Below are positions 23,882 to 39,164 of a stretch of DNA of 43,943 nt, one piece after another (the first letter of the stretch is position 1; each line of letters begins with the position of its first letter). The position numbers and the translations under genes are program-made. The notes beneath the pieces are model-generated. The model ran no database searches. It saw only the letters and a program-made list of their open reading frames with translations, and was not told the DNA's origin. The DNA lies in the NCBI GenBank assembly GCA_032718475.1, contig JAUCBJ010008307.1:1-43943 (forward strand). Reading direction: 5' to 3'. Source of the DNA: Nemertoderma westbladi (taxonomy: Eukaryota; Animalia; Xenacoelomorpha).

Positions 23882-23999
23882 CCTTAGTCCCAATTCAACA
23901 TTTTCTCCTCCCCAAATTTCCATTCCTTCGTCAAATGTTCCAATAGCTCTGAAATATTCTTTGTCTGCTGCATAGACGGCCCCCACCATTGTTGGTGTC
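23882..23999 (-). CDS. GALNT: GALNT coding exon 6 (Gal/GalNAc-T motif)
   Basis: TPTMVGAVYAADKEYFRAIGTFDEGMEIWGGENVELGLR; TAG acceptor, GTTAGT donor. Confidence 0.95.
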
Positions 24000-24109
24000 C
24001 TAATTAATTATAATCAACATTAACTTTACACGGCAGGTTTTCTAGACATGATTATTAAAAATCTGTCAATTTTCCAAGTCCATCAATAAAGGCTACCAAT
24101 TAAGGTACT

Positions 24110-25150
24110 GTAATACCAAAATCGATGAAAATTGCACCCAAAAAAATTATTTTACACCAATTTTAATAATGTGACCCCAAAATCAATTATTCAACACCAA
24201 AATCAATTATTCAACACCAAAAACAATTATTCAAAACCAAAATATATAAATGCTCCCCAAAACCAATTATTAGCACCAAAATAAATGACAAAACCACCAA
24301 ATTAAATACAAATACAGGTTAGTAAAGGGGCAGGTTTCAGAGGCGTGTTGGGGGATCCAAAACAATAAACGAAAGTTAACATGTTACAAGATAATGCAGG
24401 TCTTTATAATTTGGTCTTTGTTTTGTACTCACCCAAAATATTGTATTCAACACCAAAAACAATTATTCAACTCCAAAATAAATAAATGCTCCCCAAAACC
24501 AATTATTCACAGCAAAATAAATGACAAAACCCCCAAAATATATACAGATTTTCCCAAAATATTTACACATTTCCCCAAAATAATCAATTATTCTACCAAA
24601 ATAAACAGACTCTTGCAGTAGTTACAGACTCTATTAAACATTTTGTTTGATTTATGGAAATAAATAGAATGAATTTGTATAAATAAATTTTCCATAAAAT
24701 ATTTGCTGCTAGAAGAATTGTTTTTGGTTGACAAGTAATTATTTTAGGAAGATTGAATAATTGTTTTTGGGGTATGAATGTTGGTTTCTGGGGGAATGAA
24801 TAAATCTCTTTGGGGGATGAATGATTGTTTTTGGGGGAAGAATAATTGTTTTTGGGGGGTGAATAATTGTTTTGGGGGGAAGAATAATTGTTTTTGGGTG
24901 AATGAATATTTGTTTTTGGGGGGTGAATAATTTTTTTTGGGGGATGAATTTTTGTTTTTGAGGGATGAATTAATTGTTTTTTGGGGGGTGAATAATTGTT
25001 TTTGACGGGGAAGATATTCAAAATTGGAGGATGTAAATTGGTGTTACAAAAAAATATATTTGATACTACATGTAAATATTTTTTTTGGTGTGAAATCATC
25101 TAATTTTGGGTGGCATTCAAATAGTGTCGATCAATAATTTGGTTATTATT
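24110..25150. mobile_element. Fold-back/MITE-like element built of oppositely oriented ~21-bp repeats
   Basis: CCAAAA(A/T)CAATTATTC units on the left (24175-24600) and their reverse complement GAATAATTGTTTTTGG on the right (24750-25005). Confidence 0.6.
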
Positions 25151-25632
25151 TAGTTTATATTTAGTATTGGGTTATAGGTTTGGTACATTAATCTTATTAC
25201 TAATTGGCTTAATAAGATATGATTAATACGTTAATAGAATTATATACTTTTGGTGGATATAAGATTTTAGCAACGAGATGCATAAAGAGTGCATCGATCT
25301 ATCTACTGCACTGTGGCGAGTTAGTTCTTTTTACAGAGGTACACGGGGATGATTGGGTAATGTGGAATTATATTGGCTGGTTCTATTCGGAACTTATGTG
25401 TTTTTGGCTTCTATTGGGAGTTTAGTACAACTCATTTTGAAAAAGTAAAAATGAAAAATGAGGAACTACTGGAGGTATGTTTCTAAACATTGCTCAGTTA
25501 TTGCAATTTAATATGGGCAATGAGTTTTATGTACGACGTACATACAAGTTTCAAGTTTAAACTGAAAGCAAGTAATGTGAATAACTAGTGTACAGTAGTA
25601 AAAACTTACGCTAAAATGTGAAGAACAAAGTA

Positions 25633-26240
25633 AGTAGGCCTAACATACATACATTACTCTGTACATACTGTTGTAGGCCTAACCTACATACAGTACTCTG
25701 TACATACTATTGTAGGCCTGACCTACAGTACATACATACAGTACTCTGTACATACTGTTGTAGGCCTAAACCTACATACATACAGTACTCTGTACAAACT
25801 GTTGTAGGCCTAACCTACATACAGTACTCTGTACATACTATTGTAGGCCTAACCTACATACATACAGTACTCTGTACAAACTGTTGTAGGCCTAACCTAC
25901 ATACAGTACTCTGTACATACTATTGTAGGCCTAACCTACATACATACAGTACTCTGTACATACTGTTGTAGGCCTAACTTACATACAGTACTCTGTACAT
26001 ACTATTGTAGGCCTAACCTACACACAGTACTCTGTACATACTGTTGTAGGCCTAACTTACACACAGTACTCTGTACATACTATTGTAGGCCTAACCTACA
26101 TACAGTACGATGTACATACTGTTGTAGGCCTAACCTACATATAGTACTCCGTACATACTGGTGTAGGCCTAACCTACATACAGTACGCTGTACATACTGT
26201 TGTATGCCTACTGTAACCTACATACAGTACTCTGTACATT
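25633..26240. repeat. Minisatellite with a ~39-43-bp unit (TGTAGGCCTAACCTACATACAGTACTCTGTACATACTGT)
   Basis: About 15 copies seen directly. Confidence 0.95.
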
Positions 26241-26276
26241 ACATACCGGTACTGATGTAGGCTTCTGACAAATTAC

Positions 26277-26444
26277 CTGAAAGAGTAAGTTTCATCTTCC
26301 TTAAGTTTTAAGCGTTCTTCTTCTAGAATAGAATTCCAGTTGAATTGTATATCCATATTAAATCCGCCTGCTGAGTAGGAGACCCGGGTATAGGCCCAGG
26401 TAAAGTGGTCGATATTATCTACAGTCGGCACAACTATGGTATTC
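26277..26444 (-). CDS. GALNT: GALNT coding exon 5
   Basis: NTIVVPTVDNIDHFTWAY...GGFNMDIQFNW; CAG acceptor, GTAATT donor. Confidence 0.92.
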
Positions 26445-26966
26445 CTGGGTAGAAAATAACATCAACGATGTAAAGAGTAAATAAATTAGTACTAAGCATG
26501 TTTCCCTGTAGTACTGTACTGTATACAGTATGTAAATATTTGAGAGTAGGCCCTAGGCCTAACTAACAATAAATTGTATAAGGAAGCCTTTAACATTCGA
26601 ACATTTATTTAAACCAAATAAACTTTACCAAATATTCAAGTAATGTTTTTGGTTTTCGGTCGATTAATAATCTATAGATTTTTTTCATATAATTACAGTA
26701 CTAGTAAACAGTATGTAGGCCTACATATAGTGAAATTTTTATGCCTTTCTCTGGGAAATAACGATTTCCAATTTTTCAGCTTCAAGTAACTAATATGTAA
26801 ACTAAGCTATATGTACTAAAATTACAACATCAGACATTATTATGATTAAGATGACATGACGTTCTATTATACAGTAGGTACTGTATGTATCGCTTCTGCA
26901 CTTTTAGAACGCCATACAGTAGATTAAAGACAAATAGGCCTACTCACGGTTGCTAGGCCTACTCAC

Positions 26967-27174
26967 GGTTGCTGTTTTATCTCATATAGAATGGGAGGTA
27001 ACCAGCCCACTGTCACCTCACAATGAGCATCCATCCACACCACAACCGAACCGGTAGTCGCTTCCATACCAGCCAAACGCGCTCGGATTAAACCTTTACG
27101 TTCCTTCAGTCGGACCACAATCACTTTAACGGATAGCTTAGCGATGTAATCATCTAACAATGTTCCCAGATGCT
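26967..27174 (-). CDS. GALNT: GALNT coding exon 4 (DXH motif)
   Basis: RKGLIRARLAG...WMDAHCEVTVGWLPP; TAG acceptor, GTGAGT donor. Confidence 0.95.
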
Positions 27175-27390
27175 CTAAGAAATAATTAATGCTGTGTTAA
27201 TAACATTTTACTTCTTATTTTAATAATCATAGGTCTGTTTTTTCCTGTTATTACTGACAGGGTGGGGGGGGGGGGGGGGGGGGGGGTAGTAACAGGACAG
27301 TACCATAAGTCTACTGCAGACAGTGATTTGTGCTGTTTACACGCACCAGTACAGAAGCCTACAACAGTAGGACTGTAGGAGCTCTTTGTA

Positions 27391-27591
27391 GAGCCCATGT
27401 GAAGAATACCAGGATTTCACGTTTCGGTCGACTTTTATTGGAATTTTATATATGAAGATTAAATTTATCTTTATTAAGTGTTTTAAAGCGCTTATTTCTG
27501 TCTTATAACCTGTGTTTTTGGTGAAAACTTGGCATTCTTAACATGGGGTTAAATTTAACGGCAGAAAGTCTGGTATTCTTCACATGGGCTC
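27391..27591. mobile_element. 201-bp MITE
   Basis: TIRs GAGCCCATGTGAAGAATACCAG / CTGGTATTCTTCACATGGGCTC, flanked by a TTTGTA duplication. Confidence 0.85.
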
Positions 27592-27795
27592 TTTGTAGGC
27601 TTTCCAGTACAGATAATTCCTGCCATGTAGACCTACCATATCGACAAAAACCGGTACTGTTATATGACTACCGATGTAGATCTACTGCAGTAGTACTTTA
27701 GTAGGCCTTGACTGCAGCTCCCCTGCAGTATACTGACTGACTGCTGGGCTGATAATGAAAGTAATTGAGAGTATACCAGGGTACTGTCTTCCTAC

Positions 27796-27962
27796 CTTGG
27801 TCGCTAAGATCATCCACCAGTACTATCTCATTAATTAGTTTGCTTGGCGTTCTGTTTATTATGCTGTGTATGGTGCGTAGAAGTGGACTCCAAGCTTCGT
27901 TGTGGAATATAATAACAACACTGCAGGAGGGCAAACTCGAGGGGTATCGGATATTGCGGCAT
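27796..27962 (-). CDS. GALNT: GALNT coding exon 3
   Basis: [30 protein letters not shown]...EIVLVDDLS. Confidence 0.95.
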
Positions 27963-28612
27963 CTAAAATCAGTAAATTAAAGAACACTGTTGGGTTGGGA
28001 CCGTAAAGCGATTACTGTTGGGTTGGTTCAACTGAGTTCGGTAACAATAATGTATCGGGTGGGTATGTACAAATTTTCCGAAAATGTAGTTAAAACAAAA
28101 GTGCCGCAACAAAATTTGTTCGTGAGAGTCCGGGCCATAGTGTTAAAAAATAGTGAATTTAAACAATGCTTGGTAATAAAAAACGTTACAACAAACTCCA
28201 CCAATGGTTCCCATTGGTGATGGTGGTGACATTGTTCGCTATATCAGATAGGGGATACATCCCTCTCCAGGGGATATTGGACACAAATAACAGCTGATTA
28301 CTCTCCAAAATAAAACTGTAACCTTTTCTATTGTGTTTAGTTTATAGTTTTGTTTAAAATAACGTGCCACTGTAACCTGCTCCTTTTCCTAAATTGAGAA
28401 TTTAACATTGAGGCGGGATATTAATTCGCCAAGGTGGGATTTGCGTGCAGTTTCTCCCCCTGTCTCCGCTTTATTTATACACATTAACTTATATAATTTT
28501 TTTCTGATTTCGTTTAATTGCTGATGTCTTATTTGAAATAGGCCTACTGTATATAGTATTGTCCACAACGTTTATGATCAAGATATTTTAGTACTAAAAA
28601 TAATTATTTTAC

Positions 28613-28784
28613 CCTGGGACCCTATAATCTTCCAGTGTTCTGTTTACAGATATTCTAGAACTCGCCAATAGATTGTGGTAATTAATTTTAAACATTTCCT
28701 TCTCGTTCGGTTTCTCTGGGTCGTCATCAGGTATAATATACGGTAATCCTTGTTCACCAGGTCCAACCCTTGGTGCCTCAGTCA
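28613..28784 (-). CDS. GALNT: GALNT coding exon 2 (stem)
   Basis: GPGEQGLP...FKINYHNLLASSRISVNRTLEDYR; phases 1/2 fit the neighbouring exons. Confidence 0.92.
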
Positions 28785-29767
28785 CTATAATTACAAGATA
28801 CCTTATGTAGGCCGACAGTAATAATAATAAAATAAGCGCAACATGTAGGCCTAGTGAAATTAATGTAAATCTTACTATAAAAATATATAATAGGCCTACA
28901 GTATTATAGGACTTAATTTATTGTAATTCCAGTGAGTTGTATAGAAACTCACCCCAATACAACTTGTATTGGGGTGAGTTTCTATTGGGGCCTAAAATAT
29001 TAATTCAAATTTACCATCCATGTTTTAACTCAAGCAGATAAAAAGGTAAAAAACGTTGTTACTGGTGCAAGGCTACAAGTATTCTATCCAAAACAATAAG
29101 CAAGAGTCAACAATATTCACATATTTCAGTTTCATTTTGTTCCTTGTCGGATGTGGTTCACGGTTGTCGGGTTTACCACCTTCGCGAAGGATTTGATTAC
29201 TAAGTAATTAGTCTCACAAACACTATAGGCCTACAGTACGAATTTAATTATCCACTCCCCTGGACCCACATTGGTACATTTGGGTCCAAGTGTATCTACT
29301 CAGAAAATCCTATCTAATCAGAAATCAGGCTTCTTATTTCATAGAAGGAAAGAAAGCGCCTCTGAACAGGTATACACTATGGGGACTTGGGCGGGCAGTG
29401 TGTGCTATTGACTGCATATAACTAACTCCCATTGTATGCTGTTATGTATTTCGGCGCTATTTATAGAACAGAGTTTGACTGCTGCTTAGAATGGAGCTTA
29501 TGTAAAAAAAAAAAAAGGCCCCACAAACCACAGCTGTTGTAAACCAGAGTTGTACTACTGTCAATCAACCCAAAGGGAGCCCAAATCGCGGTAGGTTCAA
29601 AGTCAAATGAACATGGGTGTTGCATGAAAACGTTAACCCTGAGTTTAAGGATAGTTTGTCTTTCTAAGTGTGTCCAGGTCTACCTACATCTTGTGCAATG
29701 GGGAAGACATGGATAAAAGTTGCTAAATATGTATACAGGGGAATGGATAATTAAAATGGTACTGTAC

Positions 29768-30026
29768 CTTCTATAGGCAACAACAACTCATCCGTGGATG
29801 TTCTCTCGGTGGAGTCCACATCCTTCCCTTCGGTAGGCTCTTCGACATGAGTTCTCCTGTTGGTAGAACCCAGGATATATTTCTTGACTACTTTCGGATG
29901 GATTTCATTAACTGTTATAATTTGGATTAAACAAATTATCACAACAATAACGAAACTTATGGCCACAAACTTCCGTATAAGTCGACTGTAGCCCATAATA
30001 CCGGGAGCTTTAAGCATCAATTTCAT
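29768..30026 (-). CDS. GALNT: GALNT coding exon 1 (type II membrane anchor)
   Basis: Basic N-terminus followed by hydrophobic FVAISFVIVVIICLIQII; phase-1 GTACAG donor. An acceptor-like CTACAG at 30045 suggests an upstream UTR exon. Confidence 0.8.
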
Positions 30027-30972
30027 TTCATATAATTATATTACCTGTAGGGGCCTACCAAAAACACATCTAAAATATATTTTGCACTATTGTAATTTGT
30101 GCCACTTCCATGCAATCTAGAATTGGCTTGCTGTGATGCAGCGTGCATAAATAATGCTATGCCGGTTTGTCGACAAAATTGCGCCGCCACAACTCCCATG
30201 ACTTTTCGCGAGATTATGAGCATAAATCCCAGTGTCCCGTAAATGGCGTCTCCAGAACGTCATGGGGTGTCCACCATGCTTATTTTTCAATGAGACTGCC
30301 AAAGCACAAGATTGTGCACTAGCTGGTCCTCACGGCGAAATCAATGTCCTGCAAAGCGGAGGGGGCCTACGACATTTATAAAGTTTATTGCGCCCTACTG
30401 TTATACGGGACTAAATATGGCGTGATATGTCTATGTAATTTTTATTCAAAATATTATTATCTTTCTGGGAAATCTCGCAACCGACATGTTATTTATTACA
30501 AATTAAATATAAATATACCATCCTTAGGCTATATCATACCCTATTTATTCTGAACTGTTTCATTATTATTATTGTTGACTGATATTTTTAAGAGTTGGAG
30601 ATGTGATCTTGAAAATTGTTTAAACTGTAGGCCTATTGCATCCTATCATGTTATATGGCACACATTTAGTATCAATATTCAATAATTTAATACGAGTGAT
30701 ATTATTGATCGTTTTAAATGATTTTTGCCATTCTGAATTATTTCGATTGATATTATTGGTCGTTTTAAATAAAGTTTTTCAACTTAATTATTTCGCTTGA
30801 TATTATTGATCGATTTAAATAATGTTTCAAAACTGCATTATTTTGCCTGATATTATAGGTTGATTTAAAAAATTTTGTCTGTTGAATTATTTTGCTTGAT
30901 ATTATTGCTCGATTTAAATAACTGTTGACTTATATCAACCGATAATTATAGGTAGTTTTAAATGAGACAGTG

Positions 30973-32378
30973 AATGTGATCAGCTGACAGTGAATTATTA
31001 CGACGTATAATTATAGGTCGATTTAAATGTGATCAGCTGACAGTGAATTATTTCGACGTATAATTATAGGTCGATTTAAATGTGATCAGCTGACAGTGAA
31101 TTATTTCGACGTATAATTATAGGTCGATTTAAATGTGATCAGCTGACAGTGAATTATTTCGACGTATAATTATAGGTCGATTTAAATGTGATCAGCTGAC
31201 AGTGAATTATTTCGACGTATAATTATAGGTCGATTTAAATGTGATCAGCTGACAGTGAATTATTTCGACGTATAATTATAGGTCGATTTAAATGTGATCA
31301 GCTGACAGTGAATTATTTCGACGTATAATTATAGGTCGATTTAAATGTGATCAGCTGACAGTGAATTATTTCGACGTATAATTATAGGTCGATTTAAATG
31401 TGATCAGCTGACAGTGAATTATTTCGACGTATAATTATAGGTCGATTTAAATGTGATCAGCTGACAGTGAATTATTTCGACGTATAATTATAGGTCAATT
31501 TAAAGGTGATCAGCTGACAGTGAATTATTTCGACGTATAATTATAGGTCGATTTAAATGTGATCAGCTGACAGTGAATTATTTCGACGTATAATTATAGG
31601 TCGATTTAAATGTGATCAGCTGACAGTGAATTATTTCGACGTATAATTATAAGTCGATTTAAATGTGATCAGCTGACAGTGAATTATTTCGACGTATAAT
31701 TATAGGTCGATTTAAATGTGATCAGCTGACAGTGAATTATTTCGACGTATAATTATAGGTCAATTTAAAGGTGATCAGCTGACAGTGAATTATTTCGACG
31801 TATAATTATAGGTCAATTTAAATGTGATCAGCTGACAGTGAATTATTTCGACGTATAATTATAGGTCAATTTAAAGGTGATCAGCTGACAGTGAATTATT
31901 TCGACGTATAATTATAGGTCGATTTAAATGTGATCAGCTGACAGTGAATTATTTCGACGTATAATTATAGGTCAATTTAAATCTGATCAGCTGACAGTGA
32001 ATTATTTCGACGTATAATTATAGGTCGATTTAAAGGTGATCAGCTGACAGTGAATTATTTCGACGTATAATTATAGGTCGATTTAAATGTGATCAGCTGA
32101 CAGTGAATTATTTCGACGTATAATTATAGGTCAATTTAAAGGTGATCAGCTGACAGTGAATTATTTCGACGTATAATTATAGGTCGATTTAAATGTGATC
32201 AGCTGACAGTGAATTATTTCGACGTATAATTATAGGTCGATTTAAATGTGATCAGCTGACAGTGAATTATTTCGACGTATAATTATAGGTCAATTTAAAG
32301 GTGATCAGCTGACAGTGAATTATTTCGACGTATAATTATAGGTCGATTTAAATGTGATCAGCTGACAGTGAATTATTT
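30973..32378. repeat. 53-bp tandem array, about 26 highly homogeneous copies
   Basis: Unit ATTTAAATGTGATCAGCTGACAGTGAATTATTTCGACGTATAATTATAGGTCG. Confidence 0.98.
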
Positions 32379-32941
32379 CCACCTAGGCCTACAATTATAC
32401 ATAAGGTCGTATTAAATGTAGCTATTAAATCAGCTGATCTCGTGATGAATAACTTCGCTGCTTCTATACACTCTTCACTACCGTGCCGGTACCACTGCAC
32501 TGTAGGCCTACAGCTGTACCAGTACTGCACTATTTGAGTCAGCTGATCACATTTAAATGTAATTACTATAATTACGACCTATAATTATACGTCGAAATAA
32601 TTCACTGTCAGCTGATCACATTTAATACGATCTATAATTATAGGTGGAAATAATTCACCGTCAGCTGATCACATTCACTGTCTCAATTAAAACTACCTAT
32701 AATTATCGGTTAAAATAAGTCAACTGTTATTTAAATCGAGCAATAATATCAAGCAAAATAATTCAACAGACAAAATGTTTTTAATCAACCTATAATATTA
32801 AGCAAAATAATGCAGTTTTGAAACATTATTTAAATCGATCAATAATATCAAGCAAAATAATTAAGTTGTAAAACTATTGTATAATTGTATTAATATAATA
32901 TATTGTGGCAAACCCACCACCACGCACAATCAAACTACTAT

Positions 32942-34606
32942 ATTTATTACCCTGATATTTTGTTATTTTTCCGGTTATTTTAACCCGAGGAACAGGAACT
33001 AGCCGAGGCGTAGCCGAGGCTTTCCTGTTCCGAGGGTTAAAATAACCGGAAAAATAACAAAATATCAGGGTAATAAATGTGTTGTTACCAACTAATCTCG
33101 GAAAAAATAACCAACTACATCATGTTTATATCAAGAAGCCACTATTAATTTACAATATACCAAACCCATCCAGATACCCTAGATTTCTAAAAGGGTTTTG
33201 TTTGGGGGTAGAAATATAAAAATGGGGCTTGGAAATTTTGGGGGGAGACACTAATTACAAATTAATAAATAACACGAGCGGCCAAGGCATAAAATAAATA
33301 AATAACATGAGCGGGCCTATGCCTAACAATTTCCCCCTGGCGGGTAAACTGGAATAAAGTAAAAAACAAAACAAATAAATATAATAGATTAAATAATAAA
33401 GTAATATAAAATAAATGACGGAAAATACTAGAATTTATTTCCATTCCACAGTATGTATAGGTAACACGATGATAGTGGGAGTCTACTCGGGACAGCTGAG
33501 AGCGTTACATCGTGTGGAATTGGGTGAGACACAATGTAGACAGAACCATTCGTGTGAGAATATGTAAATGTAGGCTTACCATACGGTATACGATGTACCA
33601 ATTTAACTTAAGAATAAACTTACGTATTACAGTATATGAGAAGAAAGTAGAACATTTTGTTTCTCAATATTCTCTCAACCCTTTATTAACCTCGCTGACG
33701 CTCGGTAAATAAAATGCCTCGAGAATAGTGAAAAAAAAGTTCTAATTTTTTTCCCATGTAATAAATAATTATTTATTCTTAAATTGTTACGTTTTCGCCC
33801 GAATTTAGACCAAAATCTGGAGAAAACATTTAACTTTTTTTACTGGCGAAAAAAAGTAAAATATAATATTTTTGGTGGAATTTCTTAAATTGTATTACCG
33901 TTGTACCGGTACCGTAGTTCTACAGCATTGTGCATTGCAGTATGTAAACCTACGTTATTTACAACTGGTAGGTAGAGGTACTGTACAAGTCTGTCTGTCT
34001 GGTACGTTCGTCTTTACAGTAGAATCGTAGAAACTGTTGAGAATGGCATTCCTGCCATGATCAGGATGCTGCTGTCCATAATTGTCAAATACTGAAAGTA
34101 AAAGATCTCTGAGTAGGCTGAGTTGAGTGTGCAATCTGAACTTGTAGTGTAGGCCTACCAGTACTGCATTTCCCGTTTAGTTTGCCAGTACCGGTATATT
34201 AAATTATTGCCCAATATGCTCTGTTCTGTAGGCGTACCGGTCAGGTAGGTTTTGTAGTTGCAAGGCAGTGATGTGATTGAGACCTTAAAGGAAGCTGTGG
34301 TACCACTACCGGTACTGTACGATGCATGCAGTCAGTCTACCTATAATCTGAACTGAAAACATACCATAGGCCTACGGTAGTCTTATTCTTATAACTTTCA
34401 CTTTCACTCATGTTAGCTAACTAACTGTATTCACAACACGGCAACCAGGCATAAATATAATTTCAACATGCAGATTGCAGATACCGGAGTGTTGAAAAAT
34501 AAATGTGTTATTTTTTCCTAGGACTAAAATAACACTATTTTTAGATAGGTTATCATTGCGATTGTGTTATTTTTTCCGGGATTGGTTGGTAACAACAGTA
34601 TTTATT
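32942..34606. mobile_element. Non-autonomous element with a terminal ~137-bp hairpin and an inverted-repeat pair
   Basis: Hairpin 32942-33078 with a GCCGAGGCGTAGCCGAGGC core; 33072-33111 is inverted at 34565-34606. Confidence 0.6.
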
Positions 34607-36292
34607 TTTTTATTAAACGCATACATGTTAGTATGATGGGGTGAGTTGAAAAAAGGCCAGAAGACCAGTTGGTAAGGCGAAGCTTGATAGGCACAGGCCT
34701 TCTGAGTAATAAAGTATAAGATAACAGTAATAATAAGAATAAGATTAAGAAATATTATTTGAAAATAAAGTAAAGAAATATTGTTATTATTATTGAATAC
34801 GGAACATTAAGGTGAATTATCTTTTGTAGACTACAAGTAGGGAGTGTGAGGGCTACTCTGCTGTAGATACAGTCGGGGTCTCAAAGTGCATCTGTTCTTT
34901 GAGATTTTCTCAAAGTTTTTCTAAAAGTGTCTAAAAGTCATTACATTACTCCCAACGGCCGCTTTGAATTCTTGTAGACACTTTTAGTTGGGAATCTCAA
35001 AGTGATTTCCTGCTTTTAGGCACTTTTAATTCTTTGAAATCTTTGAGAAATGTCACTTTGAGGTAGTTTGCGGCACTTTTAATTCTTTGAGAAAATAAAC
35101 TCCGAGGTATTCCTGATTGACAGCTCGTGGTAAGTTAACTGAGAGGCAGAGGCATTCTCCGGGAACAATATTATGCGGGCAACAAAGTGATACTTGTGTG
35201 CTGGCCAGTTGTTGCATAGAAGCTATATTCCCATTAATTTATCAAATTGAGGTTCCTGAGGTCATTACGGGATGGGTTTTAGGTCGCAAGTACAAATTGA
35301 ATTTACGGCACCCTAAAGTCTTTCTAAAAAACATTCATTCAAATAATACATGAAACATAATTTGTGAAACAAGATTAATGCTTCACAAGATTGATTATTT
35401 TAATAACATAATACAATATAATATTAACAATTAATGTAAGAGACACTGCACTGTAGTATCTCTGTGTATATGCAGTTTCATTATAATGACCTAAAGAAGC
35501 CCTGTTGGGAGAAAGCTTGTAATAACTTTTGTTATTCATTTCATTAGTCACCTCAGGTCAAACCGTACTACCTTAACTGATTAATTAATATGATAACTAT
35601 GGTGACGAGAGCGCGAGAATTTCTTCTTAAAAACGAAGAAAGGCTTTCAACTTTCAAGTACGATAGAACGGCTACACTCTTGTGTTGTTTTAGCTTAATA
35701 GATATATTAAAATATGCCCTGCCGCTGGCGTTTATATTTGAGCATATTTTAAATGTTTGCCTCATATTCAATTGATGTTTACCGCCTTCTGGCAAAGCGG
35801 TACCCAGTTTAAACTATCAATCACAGCTAGTGAGTAGCGACCCACGGACGGCGACCTTCAAACAAACAGGTGCAGAGTCGGAAAGAACTGTCACATGCTT
35901 TGCTTGGCTTGTGGTACCATTTGATTACATAATAGATTTTGGCAGACTGGGCGGTCGCTCTGACCATATGCATTGCGCACCATCAATGTCTAAAACATCT
36001 ATAGGAACAGCCAATTAGTGCGCTTGAATCATTTATCTTTATTCCTGCCTCTATCGTTATTCTTTACTTTGTATAACACAATTTACAGTGCGGCAAAGTA
36101 TGGCTGGTTGACCATTGAAATGCATTGGTAAAGGTATTCGGCGTTCACGTGGGCTAAACAAATTTAAACAGTACAGTTTTAGCACTATACATTAATATAG
36201 ATAGGGCAACAGACAAACTGTCTATGACACAAATACCAACACATTCCGATAGCCCGCAATTATGGCGTCTCTAAAGAGTCCAAATATAAATT

Positions 36293-36616
36293 AATAAAAT
36301 CCTCTATGAAACAATAAAAATACCTACAAAAAATACTGCTGTATTAAATATTAGTTACTGCAGTAACATATAACAATTACTGCAGTAACAAATATTTATT
36401 ACTGCAGTAACAAATATTTATTACTGCAATAATCAATATTAATAAATGAATAAATAATTGAATAAACATTTCTACTGCAGTAACAAATTATTTGTTACTG
36501 CAGAAAAAGACAATTTTTTATTACTGCAGTAAGTTTAATTCTTACTTTCAGTAACAAATATTTATTACTGCAGTATTTTTTGGAGGCATCTTTATTGTTT
36601 CATAGAGGTTTTATTA
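36293..36616. mobile_element. MITE with ~55-bp TIRs and internal TTACTGCAGTAA palindromes
   Basis: TAATAAAATCCTCTATGAAACAATAAA versus TTTATTGTTTCATAGAGGTTTTATTA. Confidence 0.8.
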
Positions 36617-37493
36617 CTTATATTTTACCCTATAGTCAAAGTCAATATACCCCATACCATAGCCAGTTTCAGGCAGAATAGTAGGTGATTTTTAAGTGCC
36701 TTAATGAACAGGTGCTTTTTTAAATGTTTTTAATATTATTTGGAATATCGTTCCATATTAAAGGACCGTTATACCGAATCGAGAATTGTCCTCTAACTGT
36801 GTTAAAAAGTGGTATAAAAAACGCACTGTTAGTGTTGTGGCGAGTGTAACGGATATTTGACTTTCTAAATATGTTCGCTAATCCTACTGGAAGTTTATCA
36901 TAATAGGCGTCAAACATTAATTTTCCTACATTAAGTTTGTACAGGGATTGCAACGGAAGTATTTGTAATTGTTTGTAGATAGGGATTGAATGTGCATCCC
37001 AATCGCTAAAAGTTATAGCTCGAATTATTTTGTTCATTTGAACCCGGATTTTTTTAATATAAGTATCGAAGGAAGAATCCCACAGTTCCAGACCGTATAA
37101 TAATTTAGTGTGCACCAATGAAAAATAAATGGACTTTAATACATACAAAGGTAGTTTGTAGCGTAGTTTATAAAATAATCCGGTCAATTTTTTATATAAG
37201 ACAAGGCAAATGAAGTTTGTCCCTTCCAGGACAAAAATTACTGTCCAGAGATACGCCTAGATACTTTACAAGGTTACATTTTTTCAAATAGTGGTTCTTA
37301 ATTTTAACTGTAGAGGCTGATTCCGTCGACTTATTTGTGAATAAACAGTAAACTGTTTTTAGGAGATTTAAAGATAATTTATTTGCAGCAAACCATTCAT
37401 CGAGTTTATCGAGGTCTAAGTTGATATTTTTACCAGTTTATGGCAATTGTTATGGCTCCGTAGTAAACAAGTATCATCGATCTGCATAAAAGT

Positions 37494-39164
<1,671 letters not shown>

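Noticed and set aside
24394-25971. ORFs of 75-168 aa (24394, 24593, 25618)
   Set aside because: Low-complexity translations of tandem repeats.
30973-32378. CRISPR-like regular array
   Set aside because: Units are contiguous with no unique spacers, there are no cas genes, and the context is eukaryotic.
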